64,000 nucleotides of DNA, from positions 27,590,001 through 27,654,000 of the forward strand of contig CM022677.1 of NCBI GenBank assembly GCA_012295275.1, written 5' to 3'. Below are positions 1 through 12,873 of this stretch, piece by piece. The stretch is from Chrysomallon squamiferum (Eukaryota; Animalia; Mollusca). The notes under the pieces are model-generated. The model was not told the origin of the DNA, ran no database searches, and worked only from the letters and a program-made list of their open reading frames with translations. Positions within the stretch are counted from its first letter, which is position 1. Every line of letters starts with the position of its first letter. The position numbers were made by a program, and so were the translations under genes.

Positions 1-38
1 GTCTCTGTCTCTCTCTCTGTCTGTCTCTCTCGTCTCTC

Positions 39-71
<33 letters not shown>

Positions 72-109
72 GTCTCTCTGTCTGTCTGTCTGTCTCTCTC
101 TGTCTGTCT

Positions 110-201
<92 letters not shown>
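1..201. repeat. (CT)n / (CTGT)n compound microsatellite
   Basis: Directly visible simple repeat. Confidence 0.97.
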
Positions 202-204
<3 letters not shown>

Positions 205-486
205 AACTGTTTCTATTTTCGCTCTGTACGTATTGTCCTAGCCACGTTTCTGTCTCGTTTTTCTCTGTCTGTGTTAAAACCATTGTCATTCGATTTGTTT
301 ACTTTCTTCAGACTCGCTGTCTTTTTATAATTTTCTTTTTTTTTGTTTGGTTAAATTTCTTTCTTACTTCTTCTTTGTATTTTATTTTATTTATTTACTA
401 TTTATAAAATTTTTGTTATTTTTATTGAATTTAAACGAACTTAAACAGAATTATCCGGTCGACCATCTGTTTGTAAGTGTGTGTGT

Positions 487-490
<4 letters not shown>

Positions 491-575
<85 letters not shown>
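491..575. repeat. (GA)n microsatellite
   Basis: Directly visible; source of the poly-ER/poly-LS ORFs in the track. Confidence 0.97.
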
Positions 576-579
<4 letters not shown>

Positions 580-654
580 ATAAATATTTGAAATGTACAT
601 CTTTCTTGGTCACTGTTTTTATTAATTTTTTTGTCGTTATCAATTCTGAAAGCT

Positions 655-687
<33 letters not shown>

Positions 688-1649
688 GCAAAAAAAACAG
701 CAAAATAAAACAAAACAGAAAAAACCAAAACACATAAAACATCGAACTGACAATTTCTTTGTGTCTCTCTCTTTATTTTATTACTGATGTATATATACTT
801 TTTAAAATTTTATTTCTGTGTTCGATTTTTTTTATTTCTATTCTCTTCTTTCCATTTTATTTATCTTTCGGATTTCATTCTGTCCGACCTTTCATTCTCA
901 AGAAGTGAACCGATTCTAAAGCAAACACGAGGACACAAAGACAAATACTCGAAAAATCATTCGTCACAACTTCGAAACGCTTAACCTTTTTGTCAGTCGT
1001 TCCGAATTTTCGATTCTTGAGTCAGCGCTTCTCGAGTTATTTTCTCTGTGGAATTCCTTTCTGCTCGTGACAATCTGAGAACAAAGATTCCACTTTTTAA
1101 AAATAGAACTCTGTGTTTATTCCTGACTTGGGGTAGGATTTTCTCATTGAGAAATGAAAGAACGTTTAAAAAAAGAGAAAAAAAAAAAAAGAAAAGAAAA
1201 AAGAACACATACTAAAAACAGAAAAAATAAAATAAAATAAAAATAAAACAACGGCAACAAATTTAAAAATAAAACAAAGATTATTAATAATAATAGTAAT
1301 AAAATAAAATAAAGTAGATAAATAAGTAAGTAAGTAAATAAATGAATAAATAAATAAAAGAAAAAAGAAAAGAAAACTGCACTAATGAGAGGCAAGGTAT
1401 TGTTCATCTACTGAAACATAGGTTATAGATATTTCCACAGACATAAACATTTGTACATATATACATATTTATCACATATACTTTTATGCAAGCACGCACA
1501 AATTCGTTTATATACGTAAGTACAGATAGATAAAAAGAAAGACTGATAGACAGACAAATGGTGAAAGTGAGACAATTTCAGAGATATTGAAAACTAAATA
1601 CTTTTTTTTTTTTAATTTCCGTTTATATATGCTGTTTTTCACATTCAGT

Positions 1650-1989
1650 TATTTATTGATTTCTTTTTTCTTTTACGTATTTATTTATTTATTTCTTCTT
1701 TCACGTATTTATTTGCTTATTTCTTCTTTCATTCATGCGTTCACATATATTTTTATTTATTTATTTATTATTTATTTATATATATATTTATTTATTATTT
1801 ATGTATCTATTTATTTATGTATTTATGTATTTATTTATTTATGTATGTTTTTTTATGTATTTATTTATGTATTTATTTTGTTTATTTATTTATTTATTTA
1901 TTTATTTATGTATTTATTTATTTATTTACTTGTTTATTAATTTATCCATTTATTTATTTAATTATTGATTTATGTATTTATTTATTTGT

Positions 1990-2020
<31 letters not shown>

Positions 2021-2150
2021 TTTGTTTATTTATTTATTATTTGTTTATTTATTTATTTATTTGTTATTTGTTTATTTATTTATTTGTTATTTGTTTATTA
2101 TTTATTTATTTATTATTTGTTTATTTATTTATTTGTTATTTGTTTATTTC
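1650..2150. repeat. Degenerate (TTTA)n tract immediately upstream of a splice acceptor
   Basis: About 500 bp of TTTA/TTTG/TGTA units ending in ttatttcag at 2152. Confidence 0.9.
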
Positions 2151-2152
2151 AG

Positions 2153-2278
2153 AGGTTTCGGGTCAGTGTACGTGGAAGACAGAATTAAGTCGACGAATCA
2201 CAATTACGACCCGTACGGACCACCAATTGTTGAAGGCGGGCCTGGAATATACCCGGATGCTTATTACGCGTATCAAGA
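2153..2278 (+). CDS. Internal coding exon (phase 2-2) of an unidentified gene: ...GFGSVYVEDRIKSTNHNYDPYGPPIVEGGPGIYPDAYYAYQ(E)
   Basis: Acceptor ttatttcag|, donor |gtatgt at 2279, 126 bp, open frame with complex sequence, splices in frame to the next two exons. No upstream exon found in the window. Confidence 0.85.
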
Positions 2279-2536
2279 GTATGTGACGTCATAATCGTGT
2301 GACGTAAAAGTGGTAGACTGAGAGAATGAGAGAATGAGAAAACGAGAGAATGAGAGAGAGAGAGAGAGAGAGATTGAGAGAGAGAGAGAGAGTCAGAGAG
2401 AGGAGAGAGAGAGAGAGAATGAGAAAACGAGAGAATGAGAGAGAGATGGAAAGAGAGAGAGAGATGGAGAGAGTGAGAGAGAGAAAGAGAGAGACGGGGA
2501 GAGAATGAGAAAACGAGAGAATGAGAGAGAGATGGA

Positions 2537-2601
<65 letters not shown>

Positions 2602-2889
2602 GTGGACCGAATGAGAGAGATGAAACAGGAAAGTGTGAATAATATCAAGAATGAGTGAAGAAAGGAGAGTTAGAAAAACAGATCGACAATGACGAATTAG
2701 ATGAATGATTACATAAATAAATAAATAATTCATTGATAAAAGACTATACGAATAAATAAATAAAGTAAATAACATTCTGTGAAAACAGCAGCTCTTCGTG
2801 TAAGCAGTCACATAAGATACGCCTTTCATACAGTCTTTCTGAGTAACCAGCTGTTTAATTGTACAAATTATGTTTTGTTTGTGTTTCAG

Positions 2890-2949
2890 GTATCCTGATA
2901 AACAGTATCCCACAGATATGTCCGATATCTCAAGTATAGACCGACCCTG
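2890..2949 (+). CDS. Internal coding exon (phase 2-2): (E)YPDKQYPTDMSDISSIDRP(W)
   Basis: Acceptor tttgtgtttcag|, consensus donor |gtaagt at 2950, 60 bp, frame continuous with both neighbours. Confidence 0.88.
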
Positions 2950-3436
2950 GTAAGTCGAAAAAAAATAAAAAATAAAAAAAAGAAAAATAAAAAGAAAAGA
3001 AAAGAAAAAAAAAAAAAAAAAAAAAAAAAATATATAAAAAAAAATTAAATAATAAATAAATAAATAAAATTAAAAAAATTAAAAACAAATTAATAAAAAC
3101 AAAAACAAAATAAAAAATTAAAAAATTAAAATTAAAAGAATAAATAATAAAAGAAATTATAAAGACACAAGTAAAAAGAGAAACAAACCAATTAAAAACA
3201 AAGTCTCTAGTAAAGTGAAACAAAAATGTATATAAACACACAAACATACTCACAAAGTAGTGATGAAGATAATAAATAAATAGACAAAACTAATTCATTG
3301 TAACAGTAAAATAACAGTGAAAGCAAATGATCATGAAAAGGATCATGATAGATTATGCTACTAGTGATGATGATAATAGTAACAACAACAGCGACAACAA
3401 GCATGCCACAACAAGAACAGAAGCAGGAACAACAGC

Positions 3437-3437
<1 letters not shown>

Positions 3438-3501
<64 letters not shown>

Positions 3502-3566
3502 TAACAATAATAATCATAATAGTAATAATAGTAATAATAATAATGATGATGATGATGATAATAATG

Positions 3567-3636
<70 letters not shown>

Positions 3637-3670
3637 TGATGATAATAATGATAATAATAATAATAATAGT
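3438..3670. repeat. (AAT)n/(GAT)n compound microsatellite in intron
   Basis: Directly visible. Confidence 0.95.
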
Positions 3671-3731
3671 AATAGTAACCACAACAACAAAACGAAGTTA
3701 TATATAATTTTCTTTTCGTCATTTCTTTCAG

Positions 3732-3783
3732 GCTTGGATACATTCCACGTCCAAAAATCGCCGATGGTCGATATTACCATTAA
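3732..3783 (+). CDS. Terminal coding exon: (W)LGYIPRPKIADGRYYH*; the Tyr/Pro-rich C-terminus is possibly the cytoplasmic tail of a single-pass membrane protein
   Basis: Acceptor atttctttcag|, in-frame continuation to TAA at 3781-3783. The cytoplasmic-tail call is inferred from composition only. Confidence 0.85.
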
Positions 3784-3837
3784 CATCGATCAACATAAAC
3801 GATTATCAAACGATACCACTCCATCCATTTTGTTTTC

Positions 3838-3942
3838 GAGTGCTGTCCCTTGACACGCAGGTCTCAAGAGTATTCTCCCTTGATACGCGAGTGTCAAGAA
3901 TGCTGTCCCTTGGAACATCGGTATCAACAGTGCTGTCCCCTT
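3838..3942 (+). repeat. 30-bp tandem repeat, ~3.5 copies, each with an internal hairpin, in the putative 3' UTR
   Basis: Units gagtgctgtcccttgacacgcaggtctcaa / gagtattctcccttgatacgcgagtgtcaa / gaatgctgtcccttggaacatcggtatcaa / cagtgctgtcccctt at exact 30-bp period. Confidence 0.9.
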
Positions 3943-4117
3943 AGCAAATAATCATGAACTGTGACAATAGTGTATATAGTTTGGAAAGAATGGTGCTCAA
4001 AACAAAACACTTGCTAGTCTGTGTGTATCGATGTTTTCACTGGTCCTCATAGGGTTAATATAAGTGAAAGAAATGGGGCGTGCACTTACAATGGTGTTAC
4101 GTCATATGAGTTTTACT

Positions 4118-4135
4118 GGGGGAGGGTGGGGAGGG
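4118..4135 (+). other. Canonical G-quadruplex motif (GGGGG A GGG T GGGG A GGG)
   Basis: Four G-runs of at least 3 with single-nucleotide loops. Confidence 0.7.
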
Positions 4136-4156
4136 AGGATTTTTTTTTTTACAGGT

Positions 4157-4162
4157 AATAAA
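4157..4162 (+). terminator. Candidate polyadenylation signal AATAAA for the + strand gene
   Basis: First AATAAA I see after the stop codon (~375 nt downstream); AATAAA is common in this AT-rich DNA. Confidence 0.4.
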
Positions 4163-4919
4163 ATATTACGTTTTTACCAAAAAAACAATTATACAGTAAC
4201 AGCAATGACAACAAAGAAACGGATATGATCAGTTATAAATAAATTGGATTATGTCCCTTATTTATGGTGGATTTGTCGAGGATGATTTCTAGTCTATTGG
4301 TATCTATCTATCTATCTATCTATCTATATATAGATATAATGTGCTATGATTGTGACTACGTCTGTTTGTTATCTTTTATTTTCTAATTTACGTTTTACAG
4401 CAAGACTATACCATAAAATAAAAATGCAATCTTTATAAGACAAAGAAATAAAGAAAGGAAATAAAGTAAAAAAAAAAAAAAAAAAACCACTATTGGAAGG
4501 GAAGTAACTCCATTTATGTCTTGTAGAGGATTTCGCAGAGTTTGTCCCCTTCACTTAGGTTTTGCGTGAGCGCGTGCATGCCTACGTGCGTGTTTGATCG
4601 GAAGAAAGCGGTTTGCACGTGTATGTAAATATTATTACTTTGGTAATATGCATGAAGTTATAATTATTTTGATCATTAGTTTAAATGTTGATACAGTTAT
4701 ATATATATATATATATATATATAATACTTTTTTGTATTACATATTTTAATAATTATTTACTTCATATAACATGTACATATATCATTTTGTGTATAATTTG
4801 CATGTTTTTGTATATGTATTTTGTACAGCATGTGTACTTGTATGATATTGTACATGAAAATAAAGAGGAATTATACGAATCATTATTATTATTGTTGTTT
4901 TTTGTTACTGCAATTTATT

Positions 4920-4995
<76 letters not shown>

Positions 4996-5248
4996 TTAAT
5001 TATTTTAATTTTTTCATTTATTTTTATTTAAATGTTTAAATTTCTATCCAAAGCTGATGATGAGAAGAGAAACAGATATTTAATTAACTAATTTAGTAAG
5101 TAAAATGATTAGATAAGTAAGTAAGTAAATAAATTAATACATAAATAAGTTTGTACATCAGTAAGTAAGTTATGCATGTTAGTAATTAAGAAAGTAATTT
5201 GATAGTTGAACGTGCACATTTCCAATGCTTGTTACTACGTCCAGGGCA

Positions 5249-5358
<110 letters not shown>

Positions 5359-5897
5359 CAATGATGCTGATGGCGATGATAATAAGAATATGAAAAAGAA
5401 AAATGAATAAAGAATAAATATCGATAATATTATATATATATATAACAAAGTAATAATAAACAATGAATAAATAAATAAATAAATAAATAAACGATTCCCA
5501 ACCAAATATCTTCAAAAATTTAGTTGAGTTGAAATCTGCATCCATCCTGTCGATAGCCGCCATTTGCATTTTGTGACAGAACACCGTTCACGTCTGTTAC
5601 TTTTCCAGCGAGTTAAAGTGTACGTCACGTGACTTGCAAGTGATACGTCTGCAGTTTGTCACGGCGGTAAATCGGCTGCTAAACGATGTTAATTTGACAA
5701 GTGTTTCGTGAGACAGGTCCGTGCAGATACTTCGCTTGTGGAGGTGGTGCTGGTTGGTATAAATTTCAGATTTCAAAATAACGCGGACTGAGGAACGAAA
5801 GTTCGTTTGTTAACGACGAAAGAAAGAAAAAAAAAAAAAAAGTAAAAGTAATTAAATAATTATAGTCATATAACAGAGGCATGTGAATTTTTTTTTT

Positions 5898-5951
<54 letters not shown>

Positions 5952-5998
5952 TAATATATATAAATTTGTATTTAAACATATATAAATTAAAATCATAA

Positions 5999-6064
<66 letters not shown>

Positions 6065-6977
6065 AACAAATAAATAAATAAATAAAAATTAAGCGTTCCC
6101 AAATTCAAATTAGGTCTGCATCTTTGTAAAGAGCATGGAGGGGGGAAACAAAGAAAAAAAGAAAAGAAATGAAAGATAGAAAGATAATAACACAGAAACA
6201 TATTTATGATGATAATTTGAATAATAACTGAGAAACGACAATTTTATGACCCTATAATTTCCATAAATTTTATTTTGGTTTCAAGCTTTATTGAAATAAA
6301 TCTGTAATCGAATTTCACATCTCTCTTAAAAAGCTAGAACATTCTACGTAGTTTTCACGATATCAAGTTCACAGAATTCAATTAAAATTCTAACTTTAGC
6401 TAAATTATGGATAGTTAATTAGGTACAGATATATAAAAAATTAAACATTTAATCAACTGAAGTCGAATAAAACTAAACATCCAGTCCAACTGCTGTATCA
6501 GATCACGTGATGAATATTTGTTTAGATCTGTCCCACCAAATGAAATGATTTTTGTGGACAGAAAAGACGTTATTGATATTTAGAGTTTGATAATATTCTG
6601 CACAAAATGAAGTTAGGTACACGATCTCTATGAAATATTAGATCTGCAATTTAAGGGAACTCATCTTCTTGTGAAGGTTATTTTCGTCCAAAAATTAAAA
6701 ATGCAGTCAGAATAGCAAAACGAAAAAAAAAAAAAAAAAAAAATTCAAAAATAATCGAAAGCCAGTAAAATGAGAAATATTTTTGTTAAGTTAATAAAAA
6801 GTGTTTTTATTCCGGAAATTTTAAAGATGGATGAATTTTCAGCAGTAGTTTAGACATGAATACTAGCACAGACTTTGTGAACTCTGGTAACTACACAATA
6901 TACAATTTTATCACATTCTGAAATAAATAAATAAATAAATGAAATAGTGAATGAATTAACTAAAGCACCTGCAAAGG

Positions 6978-7062
<85 letters not shown>

Positions 7063-7573
7063 AGAAACGAACAATATACTAATAAACACAACAATCAAAA
7101 CAATAACAACAATGACGACAACCATAACGACAACAACCATAACAACAACAACAACAACAACAATCATGATGATGATGATAATAATAATAATAATAACAGT
7201 AATAATAATAATAATGTAGTTTATATTCAAGTCTGTATTTTAATGATTATACACAATAATCAAGGCTTGTTTTAAACGTGTAAACGAAGGAGCAGAATTA
7301 AAAGAGTTTTTACTTTTTATTGGATCAACGAGGTCCCAGACTTTGAGATAATAGCTTTAACACAGCCAACATTATTCATTATTTATCTTCAATAAGATTA
7401 CAAGTGATTTTAGACATTTAACAGTACACTGACTCAGATCTGTGAAGAGAGACACACACACACACAGACAGACAGACAGACAGAGAAACAGACAGACATA
7501 CGAGTGGAGATACAAATTGAAGGGGAAAAAAAAGAAAGATGTTATTTTCTTTTCGTTTGGTTGTGTTACTGTC

Positions 7574-7636
<63 letters not shown>

Positions 7637-7896
7637 ACACACACATCAATCTCTCTATCTCTCTTATTATTATTAAAAATAATAATAATAACAACAACAA
7701 CAACAATAATAATAATAATCATAATAATAATAATAATAATAATAGACAGAAGAAGAAATAAAAAAAACCCAAAAATAAAAAAAGAAATAAATAAAAAAAA
7801 AAAAAAAATTAAAAAAAAATAAAAAAATAAAAACGAAACGAATGAAAAAAAAAAAAAGAACAAAACAAAAAAAACAAAAAAATCAGAAGCAACGAA

Positions 7897-7948
<52 letters not shown>

Positions 7949-8309
7949 GTAAGCACATCAACAAAACTTTAATCTCCTGTTTGCTTTATCTTCCTAAACA
8001 CAGTGAAACCACTGAACTTAAATGTCAGTATTAAAACTGAAAGAAATCAGATTAAAATAAGACGACTTGCAGATACGATCAACCAGACATAATATTTTTA
8101 TTTTTAAAAAATATAAGAATCCTTCTAGAGATGTTCCAGTGGTCGTAAGTCTAATAACTTACTTCAAAGAACAAGTAAAAATGTTTCTTTATTTAGATAA
8201 CGCTGCTGTCTTTCTCTCGGGATCAAAGAAGAATGGAAAACTTTGAAAAACCTGGCGTGTGATCAAGGGCAAAGAATCGGGACAGTATCTGACCTCCCTT
8301 CCAAAGCGA

Positions 8310-8430
<121 letters not shown>

Positions 8431-8541
8431 ATAATAATAATAATAATAATAACAATAACAATAGTAATAATGATAATTGTAAATAGCACACACAAATACA
8501 TACACACACTTTGTTATAGATATAATACTTAAATGAATTGT

Positions 8542-8626
<85 letters not shown>

Positions 8627-9350
8627 TTCATAGTGATTTATTTTAACGACAGCTGTAAACAACAGACTTCGTCATCTGACAAATTTCGTCAGTGATGAGA
8701 CCACAAGAAAGAAAAAAAGAAAAAAGGAAAAAAAAAGAAAAGAAAATGAAAATCCCTTCTGGATAATGAATGTGGAGATGCGGACATTTTGATAAATAAA
8801 AACAGATAGAAAGGAAGAGTTAAATTCCGTTTGCAGGCTTCTGAGGTTGTTTGTGTCCGTCTTGATTTGAAATAGAATCATGTAAAATGAAATTGTTACG
8901 AATTTGAAAGTGAAGTAAGTATATTTGTATGGTTGTGGTGTTCAGTTACAAAAAAAAAAAAAAAAAAAAAAAAAAAATTAGAAAAAAATTATATTAAAAA
9001 AGTTTGGCTAAAAATAAATTTAGAAAATAAAATTTTTAAATAAATAAATAAATAAAAATTAAATAATAAAAAACAAAATTAAAACAATAAAACAAAACAA
9101 AAAGAAAACATAATAAAATAAAATAAATAAAAATAAAACAACTTAAAATAAAATAAAATAAAACAACACAAAATAAAATAAAATAAAACAAAATAAAATA
9201 AACAACAAATATTAAATGAACGATAATATTACACTAACGTTCATTAGGTTTCACTCAAATCTTCAAAAACGATGATAAATTGTCTTTTTCTTTTATTGCT
9301 TGTGAATGAATTTGCTAGAAACTCAGTAACAAAGATTAAATTTCTGATTT

Positions 9351-9409
<59 letters not shown>

Positions 9410-11149
9410 AAGAAGAAGAAGAAGAAGAAGAAAATTATTTCCCAAACCACAAAAAAACAAACAAACAAACAAACAAACAAATTAATGCTACTTATATGAT
9501 AAATTCTTTCCATAAACAAGTAGGAAGAAAATTATCTGATAAATTTTAAACTTATCTTTACACATACAGATGCACCATAATTTATGGTTACTGTCGATAA
9601 TAGCGCATTGTTTAGATCGGGAAATACCATCCAAGAGGGCTCACGCGTGACTCTACCTAATAGACTCGTTGTCTACATTCCTTTGTCCATCTCTGTTGTC
9701 GTGCATTTTCCATTGTTCTGACGTCACATTACTGTTGACGTCATACGTTTACACTGCAGTTTTGTCAGTTTTCTATTAATGTAAGTTAGTTTGAACTTTC
9801 ATATATTGTTTAGATTTTGATATATTTTAGGCTATTTATTAAATATACTGTAAATATTTTTATTTTTATTTTGCGGGGACTACGACATCGACGTGTTGTG
9901 TCACGTTTAAATTCTTGACAGACGTCATCTTAAAAAAAAAAAAAAAAAAAAATTTTAAAAATAAATATATACACGTAGAGGCAGGCCCTCGAAATCTGAC
10001 ATCATTGAACCTGCCTGATCCCAGATTACTGAATTTGCCGGACAACAAAGAGATTAGGATCAAATACGAGTAACTCAACACCTTAACCCGACAAAGGACT
10101 AAATATCACTACTAAGGTTTCTCTTAGGAGTTCCCCCATGTCTGTTATGGATGACATACAGTGTTTGCCCTTTACACGTTCACAAACGTTTTCTTTATTC
10201 TTTGAAACCACGGCTACAAAAGGGTTAAAAGTTGTAAGGCAGATATTGTAATAATAAATGCTGAAACAGTATGGCTTGCAAATAACGCCAACAGAATTTC
10301 ATGCAGCATGTTGCAACATTAAAGATTAGCGACGAGTTTGAACGATAACCCAGGACATTTGAAATAACGTGCTGGATTAGTGATGACTACCGGATCAGTG
10401 CTGGTCAACTTTTATTCATAAACTGTAAGAGCAGTAGCAGTAGTTGTAATAATTATAATTGTAATTAAAACTTTTTTGTCTTAAGGGTAATGGAAAACAA
10501 GAGATCAGGAGTCAATTTAGGAAAACGAATTTTTGTCGAGGGTTTCAAGATGTGAAAGGGAAATTGACTTCTCTGTTGAGATCCAGCGATATAAAATAAA
10601 CTAGTCATCAATAATAAATTTCTCTATTTAAATGTAATCATTTCTCCGCCGTTTTCGTTCATTATGCAGTCTTGATAAGATTCCTTCTGTCTTTCTATTT
10701 GGTTATTCCTGTTTTCCAATTTTTTTCGTATTCTCGCTTTTGATCTCTTAAGACATTTTATGACCCCGTAACGTTAGATATCGACACCTTTTGCCGATTC
10801 CTGGTGTATTCCCCATTAAATCAGATAACGAAATGAAGAATACAAACGACAACAAACATCACCATAGTAACAACAACAACAACAAAAAAAAAAAAAAAAA
10901 AAAAAAAAAAAACACCAAAAGACATTGAAAATATTTTACAAACGAGTTTATTTATTACATTCTTTTGTACAGGTAACAAATCGTGGTCATACAACTGAAC
11001 GGACAGAAAACAATGGGCGGGCGGACGGACGGACAGATGAACGGTCACCCACAAGCCCTTATCAGTTCTCCGTCCAGTACTTAATTTAAAACTGGGCGAA
11101 AAAGTGACAAGGAAACGTGAAACTGGTGAAAACAAAATCTCCATTCTCC

Positions 11150-11392
11150 ATGACGTCATCGACATCCGATGTCGCTAGCCAACAGATCTGCGATTATGAC
11201 GTCATTAAATCAGCCATTGTCGGTGACAACCAACCGAGCAGTTTGTAGTCTTGGGTTACAGCACATTACTGATGACGTCATCGACATCCGATCGATGTCG
11301 CTAGCCAACAGATCTGCGATTATGACGTCATTAAATCGGCCATTGTCAGTGACAACCAACCGAGCAGTTTGTAAGTCTTTGGGTTACAGCAC
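11150..11392. repeat. Recent tandem duplication (~122-bp period, 2 copies), each copy with two ATGACGTCAT palindromes
   Basis: 11150-11264 and 11272-11392 are nearly identical (a few substitutions and small indels). TGACGTCA at 11151, 11197, 11273, 11323. Confidence 0.95.
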
Positions 11393-11799
11393 GTTTCATA
11401 CTCGGTGTATTCAGTGATTAAGATGTAATTGCTGGATATTCAACCCAGTCTATATCAACAACAGCAACAACAATGATTGGAAAGAAAGAAAGGGAAGGAA
11501 AAAAAAAAAAAAAAGAAAAAAAAATTCGTTTGTTTCTGAAGCTCTTTTCTTGCATCTGTGTATCATTTTCTTTGTTGTTGTTTTGAAATTTGAATTACAA
11601 ATTTCCAACCTGAATGGTTGAAACTGGAAATCTGTTTAGGTTTACAATGTAACAGTTTGTCCCATTTGGTTTCAGACTTGTTTAAAATACAACAAAGTGC
11701 TTAACCTCTGCCCTATCCCCCACCACCAACTGAACCAAAAAATAATGGCAATATATCTTATATAAAAAGAAAACAAAACTAGTTTTCAAATATAGGACA

Positions 11800-12765
11800 A
11801 AATGTAAAATAATCTCTTCACTTTTTCATGTTCTCAATACCTCCAATATTCTACCTGAATATTTAGTATCAAAATGTCTCATCAGTTCTTCTTCTACTTT
11901 TTCTCTTCTCTTCAGTTTCACCTTCATCCCTAGTTTACTTACATCAGTTGTATTTCAAACCATTTTTCATCTATCATTTGTTTGATTCTGCCACTGTTTT
12001 TCAGGCATTCTAACAAGTTCTTTTTCATCTTCCATTTTCAAAATATCTTTGTTTGATACTGAAGAGATGAAGATTTTTTTCATCATGTATTGTTAAGATA
12101 TTCAGAAATACTTAATTTTAATAAATAAGTATCCATCTATGTCTGTAAACTATACCTGGCTTGTCTCAGACACATTGTTAAAATTCCACTGGTAAATGAA
12201 AGAGGAAACAAGATGGCTTCCAGATTACCTTTTTTACAGATTAGCAGAAATGGTTCTTGAATCTTAACCTTCCCATACGTTGCAAAATACTTACCAGAGT
12301 CCACCTATAAATAGTTATGGATAACAGAATGGGATGGGAAAAAACTTAAATGGCCTATTTTTCTTTTTCAGTTTAGCAGTAAAAGACTTTTTATATTTAT
12401 CTTCCTGTAGAAAGTAAAACACAAAACAAAATTTTTAGGAAAAACAGCTGTGGGTCACTGAATGAATGGAAATTCGTTAAAATGGACATAAAATGGTCAG
12501 TTCCTTTGGTTAGCAGTAAAAACATTTGATATTTACTTTCCCATAAACAGCGTGACACATACCAAATCTTTTGTTAAAGATGTTTTAACATTTGAAAGGT
12601 TCCACTGAGGAGAGTTGATCCTGTTACTTGTGATACTGAACAGCATCTCAGAGTCTTTGTTTAATTTCACATCAGACCTCTTCATCAGCAGCAATGGTTT
12701 ATTAAGTATCCCAGAATGCAATGCGAGTCATTGCTGTTTTGTCTGTACTGCTCTTAGTGGTTAGT
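11800..12765 (-). pseudogene. Decayed, apparently intron-containing coding sequence with OB-fold (RPA-like) motifs
   Basis: Manual translation: TDKTAMTRIAFWDT / ...NLSNVKTSLTKDL ^ VDSGKYFATYGKVKIQEPFLLICKK... / V*FTDIDGYLFIKIKYF*...KDILKMEDEKELVRMPEK...KVKLKRREKVEEELMRHF. A GT-AG intron (12562-12305) with a polypyrimidine tract joins two open segments in phase 0. Multiple stops and frameshifts. Family assignment is by eye only. Confidence 0.4.
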
Positions 12766-12826
12766 AACACACACACACTAACTAAAAAAAACCAATACAT
12801 GTGTGTTTACGTGTACATCTTTATGA

Positions 12827-12873
<47 letters not shown>

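Noticed and set aside
787-1135. Unique block as a possible upstream exon of the + strand gene
   Set aside because: All three frames hit stops before the only plausible donor (~1132).
3838-3942. 30-bp periodic palindromic repeats resembling a CRISPR array
   Set aside because: Head-to-tail units with no unique spacers, no cas genes, eukaryotic context.
8837-8914. Plus-strand segment with tttgcag acceptor and gtaagt donor
   Set aside because: Stops in all three frames; no linked exons.
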